Assembly: GCF_009914755.1 (NCBI RefSeq)
Contig: NC_060942.1
DNA length: 64,000 nucleotides
Origin: the human T2T-CHM13v2.0 reference genome, Homo sapiens
Strand: one strand, 5' to 3'
A model generated the notes under the pieces. That model was not told where the DNA came from. It saw only the letters and a list, made by a program, of their open reading frames with translations, and ran no database searches. This document shows, one piece after another, positions 62,157-64,000 of this stretch. The position numbers were made by a program, and so were the translations under genes. How positions within the stretch are numbered: the stretch's first letter is position 1; every line of letters begins with the position of its first letter.

Positions 62157-64000
62157 GCAACTAAACCTTAAGGTCTCAAGAAGAGGAATTGCCTTATATT
62201 CGCACATCCTCTGTTGCACCAAGTGAACTCTACAGCACATAACAAGTTTCTTGGTTGATCAGAAGTACAATGCAGAGCCACAAACATATGGTCTGTCCAG
62301 CTCAGGGTCTCATCTCCCATGGAGCTGTAGAGGGCTGGTTTGCGAGAGATTATCATTTAAGAAGTTCTGTCAAAATATGCCCCACTTCCCCCAGTTATAA
62401 ACCTCCTCAGTATAAACTGTGAAGTTGGGAAAGCTGACTCAACCATGCTGCTAGTGGAAAAGTTAACATTCCACCCTCAGTCCTCTCACTCCTGAGCTAA
62501 CGACTTGCCTGGCCCACAATATCTCTTCCTGAATCAGTTTCCAATTCCAGCCACTCCTAGTCAATGGATCATATTTGTTTTATGCAACTGTTACTTTTAT
62601 CTCTTTCATTTCTCCTGTGCAGTCACATCCTGTATTAGATGGGTGTTTTTTCATTTGTCTTGCTCTGTCTTCTTCTAAATGTACTTGCTAGAAAACAATA
62701 CACATCTTGAGGGTTTGCTGATGAAATGGAACAAAAGATCTCCAGTAATGCTTAAAGCCTCACTTTGATTATTATTCTCCAGTGTGAAAATTTACAGGGG
62801 CTCCCAAGAGCCTACTAGATAAAGCCTATGAGGCCTCCAGGCCATTCTCTATGTACCTTGCCTACCATCTTCCATGATGTACCCACATAAATCCTCTGCA
62901 CCAGGACGCAGTCTCCTGATCTTTCCCATCTGGTCTTTCCCATCTCACAGCTGTGAATTTTTTCCATTTCCCAGTTTTCCTACCATCATTGGGATTAATT
63001 CGCACATTTAACCTGGAGATGTTGCTACTTAAGAACACTCAGAAATGAGGAATTTCCTCTTCAGAATTGAGTCAGCTGGCCATATTCTGTCTCTTTGTGA
63101 AGGCCAAACCATTTCATGAATCTAACATGATGCAGTAACCTTTGAAGCTATTCTGAGGATGAAGAATGCATCCAGTTGAACCAGGGCTGACCCACCTCAG
63201 GTCAGAGTGGATCTATCCATCCAGAGCCCAGAAGTCATATAAAAGGCAAGTTTTTGCCCCAAGCCTTCTGAAGGAATGATCCAGTAATGCCTCCAGAGCT
63301 TCCTGAGGCTTGACAAGGGCTTCTTCAGAGCTCCTGAGATACCAAAGCTGGCTTTACATTATCTCTGTGAGTCCCTGAAGCCTCCCAGGACTTCCAAAGA
63401 AATCAACAGCCCTCCAGTATATGCTAATGCAATGAGGGTTCAGAAAAAGTTCAAGACACCTCTCTAGATATCCTTATTTGATTTGCCCCCTTTTTCTTGT
63501 GGTATGAGCAGCAGAAACCCAGTTCTATCTTGTCCCTAGGGGACAAGAGGTTTTCTTCATCAATCTCATGGGAATTGAGTATATATCAATAAGTATAAAG
63601 TCTCAGTGATAACTCACGGGGATCCTGAGGGGTCTGACCAGAAGCCGAGTTTTGAAATGATGTGTAGTCTTCATCGAAGACCATGTATGTCCATCATGAA
63701 TCTGACAGAAATTTTACCCTGAGATTTGTGTCTCTTCTCTCATGAATGTATCAGAGTTAAACCCAGATGTACTTCCAAGAATAAGGGCCCAGGGTCTGCC
63801 CTTAGGGAAGTAATGATGCTGAAGATTCCATGCTGTTGCTCTCTCAAAAGGAAAAGCAGTTTGCAGAGATGGAAAGAAAAAGGACTCTGCAGTTTGATAG
63901 ACCAGATTTCTACTTTGGGTTCCAACTTTTTACTAGCTCTGACCTCAGGCAAAATAGTTCAGATATCTAAGCCTCAATGTCCTCTTCAGAGAAATGGAAA

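Overview
Human genomic DNA from the SETBP1 locus (chr18q12.3), gene on the + strand. The only protein-coding sequence is the very large internal exon 4 (5240-8699, 3460 nt, codons 181-1334). It encodes two AT-hooks, the SKI-homology region with a wild-type DSGIGT degron, and the HCF1-binding motif. The rest is the end of intron 3 and ~55 kb of intron 4, filled with Alu, L1, L2, MIR, MaLR LTR and DNA-transposon relics plus microsatellites. An AluYa5 with all five diagnostic bases indicates the sequence is human. I find no new gene or new multi-gene system. The most notable observations are: a possible circRNA architecture around exon 4 (a flanking inverted L1 pair, and a back-splice that would close a ~1127-aa ORF), two locally templated insertions, a twin-primed L1, a young and possibly polymorphic AluYa5, and two candidate intronic enhancers. 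Repeat subfamily calls were made by eye and need RepeatMasker/Dfam confirmation.
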